Shown piece after piece: positions 61,856-64,000 of a DNA stretch of 64,000 nucleotides. The stretch spans positions 1 to 64,000 of the forward strand of contig CAVPXM010000047.1 of assembly GCA_963709405.1 (NCBI GenBank), given 5' to 3'. The translations under genes and the position numbers were made by a program. The notes under the pieces were generated by a model. It saw only the letters and a program-made list of their open reading frames with translations. It was not told the DNA's origin and made no database searches. The stretch's first letter is position 1. Each line of letters starts with the position of its first letter. Source of the stretch: an uncultured Nitrososphaerales archaeon (GTDB lineage: Archaea > Thermoproteota > Nitrososphaeria > Nitrososphaerales > Nitrososphaeraceae).

Positions 61856-62353
61856 GTGAAAATGGTAGGGGGTGGTGAATCAATGGACGATTTATCATTA
61901 AGGGAAGCAATTCTTCTATTGCAGGATTCCAAGGTCGGGGAGTTTAATCTTTGGCGATTTAAGAATTTAACTGTAAAGGTCGACCTAAGTGACATGGATT
62001 TTTCAGGTAAAGATCTGTCTGGGGCCCGTCTAAATGGAGCAATTTGTGCTCGTTCCGATTTTTCTGGTTGCAACCTTTCTCACATAAACCTCGTGCAAGC
62101 CGATCTTACAGATGCCAATTTTACAAAAGCAGATCTCACTGGAGCAATCCTAATCCTAGCCGAAATGGATCGATGTACTCTGATTGACGCTAATTTGACA
62201 GGGACTAATTTAATGGGCGTGAGGCTAACAAATGCCAACTTGTCTGGCAGTAAGATGATACGTACGATCTTGGTAGAAGCAGATCTTATGAATACTAACA
62301 TAAGTGTAGAAGGAAAGAGTCAAGCCTATACTAAATACGCAAAGTTCTCGTGA
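61856..62353 (+). CDS. Pentapeptide repeat protein
   Basis: Repeated A(D/N)L(T/S)x pentapeptides. Confidence 0.92.
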   Translation: MKMVGGGESMDDLSLREAILLLQDSKVGEFNLWRFKNLTVKVDLSDMDFSGKDLSGARLNGAICARSDFSGCNLSHINLVQADLTDANFTKADLTGAILILAEMDRCTLIDANLTGTNLMGVRLTNANLSGSKMIRTILVEADLMNTNISVEGKSQAYTKYAKFS

Positions 62354-62993
62354 ATATTAGTCTCAGAAGTTGTGTTCATATAAATGAATGCTATTGGCAG
62401 CAGTTTTCTTTAACTTAATATGTATCAAATGTCTTATCTAAATCATCAATCTGAAATATTAATAACATATTTTATATTCTTGAGGCAATCATGTTATGAA
62501 GCAGTTCGTTGAAAGCCATTTGAAATTGTGAAAAGTGTCTAGCATTTTTAGGTTTGATAAGTGGCATCAAGGGTCGATGCATGGCATTCATACTAATCCC
62601 CGCCTTAATTTCGCTAATCGAGCATGTTATAATGGCGACGAAAAAATTTAGCATACGATGGTTAGTTTCGACGAAGTTAGGGGTCCTCCTAATTGATAAT
62701 ACCTGTGACCACCACTTGATTACCGAGATCAAAATAGTAAAACCGAGTCTAATTCGTTTTCAGACCGCTGCACCGCAGGTCGCACAGAATTCGAATATTA
62801 AACTTGAAATGCTGCCTTCTACAAATTCGCCATATCCGAAAGGCTAGATCAAGTACTTTACTCTAAGTCATAAACCTTCCAGAATGGGAGGCAGTTTTCT
62901 TACCTGATGATCGCTTTATTGGTATAAAACATTCGTGCCACTTCCGTTCTTTTCTCTGACAGTACAATAGAGAAGATTTATTCTAAGGCGGAT

Positions 62994-63851
62994 CTAACAA
63001 TCCAAGATCTCTGCCATTATAAGGCCTTGAATTGTTTGTTTAACATCGTGCGTCCTGATAATATTCGCCCCATTCTTCGCGGACTTGATTTCAGCAACAA
63101 TAGAGGGAATAAGACGATCTTGTGTTCTGGAATTTAATAAATGACCGATAAATGACTTTCTCGATACTGAGATGCATATAGGCTTTTGCAAACTTTTCAA
63201 TTGCCTTAAATTTAGAATCGCCTCTATATCTCGAATATAGAATACCCGATCCTGAATCTTGGTAAAGAATGGATTCTTACCTTCACTTCTAAAGAATCCA
63301 ATTGATGGATCAACAATCATCTTATCCTCAGCAATTTTGGCTCCTCTGGCTATTGCTAAACTTTCTTGCAAGAATTTTTTTGTTGCAGAAATTCGCCAAA
63401 AAGAGTGGAGCAAGGGGCCGCCGTATGCGCCAAGGATTATAGGTTTTTTTGAATCTGCTACTATCGTAGCCATATTTGCATCATATTTAAGCCCAGAAAT
63501 GTCATTAATGGCATCGGCACCAGCTTTGATGGCTTCTCTTGCGACCGCTGCCCTTGGTGTGTCGGCTAGGACAGGCACGTTACAACTAATTTTTACTGCT
63601 TTGACTGCGCCAACCATCCGCTTTACTTCTTGATGAAGTGGGATGACAGTCTGTAGATAAGGCGCGGTAGACATCGCACCTATATCTATTAAGCTTGCTC
63701 CCATATCCTCCATAACCTGCGCCATTTTCGCTATATCTTTAAAATTGGTTACCACAGATCGCTTGTAAAACGATTCAGGGCTCACATTAATAATCCCCAT
63801 TACCCTCACAGGTGCATTATCACCTACGCGCAGTCGTCCTATATTGGTCAT
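62994..63851 (-). CDS. folP: Dihydropteroate synthase
   Basis: MGIINVSPESF, IDIGAMST, INDISG, SRKSFIG, IIRTHDV. Confidence 0.93.
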   Translation of the reverse strand: MTNIGRLRVGDNAPVRVMGIINVSPESFYKRSVVTNFKDIAKMAQVMEDMGASLIDIGAMSTAPYLQTVIPLHQEVKRMVGAVKAVKISCNVPVLADTPRAAVAREAIKAGADAINDISGLKYDANMATIVADSKKPIILGAYGGPLLHSFWRISATKKFLQESLAIARGAKIAEDKMIVDPSIGFFRSEGKNPFFTKIQDRVFYIRDIEAILNLRQLKSLQKPICISVSRKSFIGHLLNSRTQDRLIPSIVAEIKSAKNGANIIRTHDVKQTIQGLIMAEILDC

Positions 63852-64000
63852 TTATTTGGTACCAAAACATAGTTCACCATTGTTTTTTTATTTAAACAAC
63901 CTTGCATGTTGATAATATTTAATTTCCCCAAGATTAATATAGCACTTGCCATATCCCTCTTGATAAAATAGGCCTATGATACGCCTCGTAATACAGCTTG

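Noticed and set aside
62472-62847. Overlapping ORFs 62472-62732 and 62554-62847
   Set aside because: Mutually antisense, non-ATG starts and no motifs; not supportable as genes
28015-63633. Numerous 60-130-aa ORFs antisense to or overlapping core genes
   Set aside because: Shadow ORFs of well-supported genes, with no recognisable motifs

Overview
Archaeal window, almost certainly from an ammonia-oxidising thaumarchaeon (Nitrososphaeraceae-like). Evidence: fused RpoA'A'', unsplit RpoB, a 3HP/4HB-cycle acetyl/propionyl-CoA carboxylase and thaumarchaeal-type gene order. It has two halves that meet at an intron-containing tRNA-Lys(CTT) at 26975-27065 (minus strand). The right half (27-64 kb) is core genome: cmk, adk, secY, r-proteins, larB/mdh/larC/larE/iscS, accBC-pccB, rps7/rps12/nusA/rpoA/rpoB/rpoH, tbp, trmI and folP. 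The left half (1-27 kb) is a visibly more AT-rich, fragment-littered accessory island. Its tRNA-proximal ~10 kb is a decaying integrative element with a truncated tyrosine integrase, DUF488, an RHH regulator, an AbrB-like regulator and a Prim-Pol/helicase replication gene. The element's most notable cargo is a split type IIB topoisomerase-like (Topo VIII-like) module with a degenerate GHKL ATPase, followed by a second, divergent A-subunit paralogue. Other candidates worth follow-up: a half-size DOHH-like HEAT protein, a hypothetical protein with isoprenyl-diphosphate-synthase-like motifs, NPN-cofactor genes with a catalytically degenerate LarA homologue, an archaeal AcpS and a QueA-like relic. 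Several essential genes carry single frameshifts, so the assembly likely contains indel errors and pseudogene calls are uncertain. All calls come from motif recognition by eye; no searches were run.
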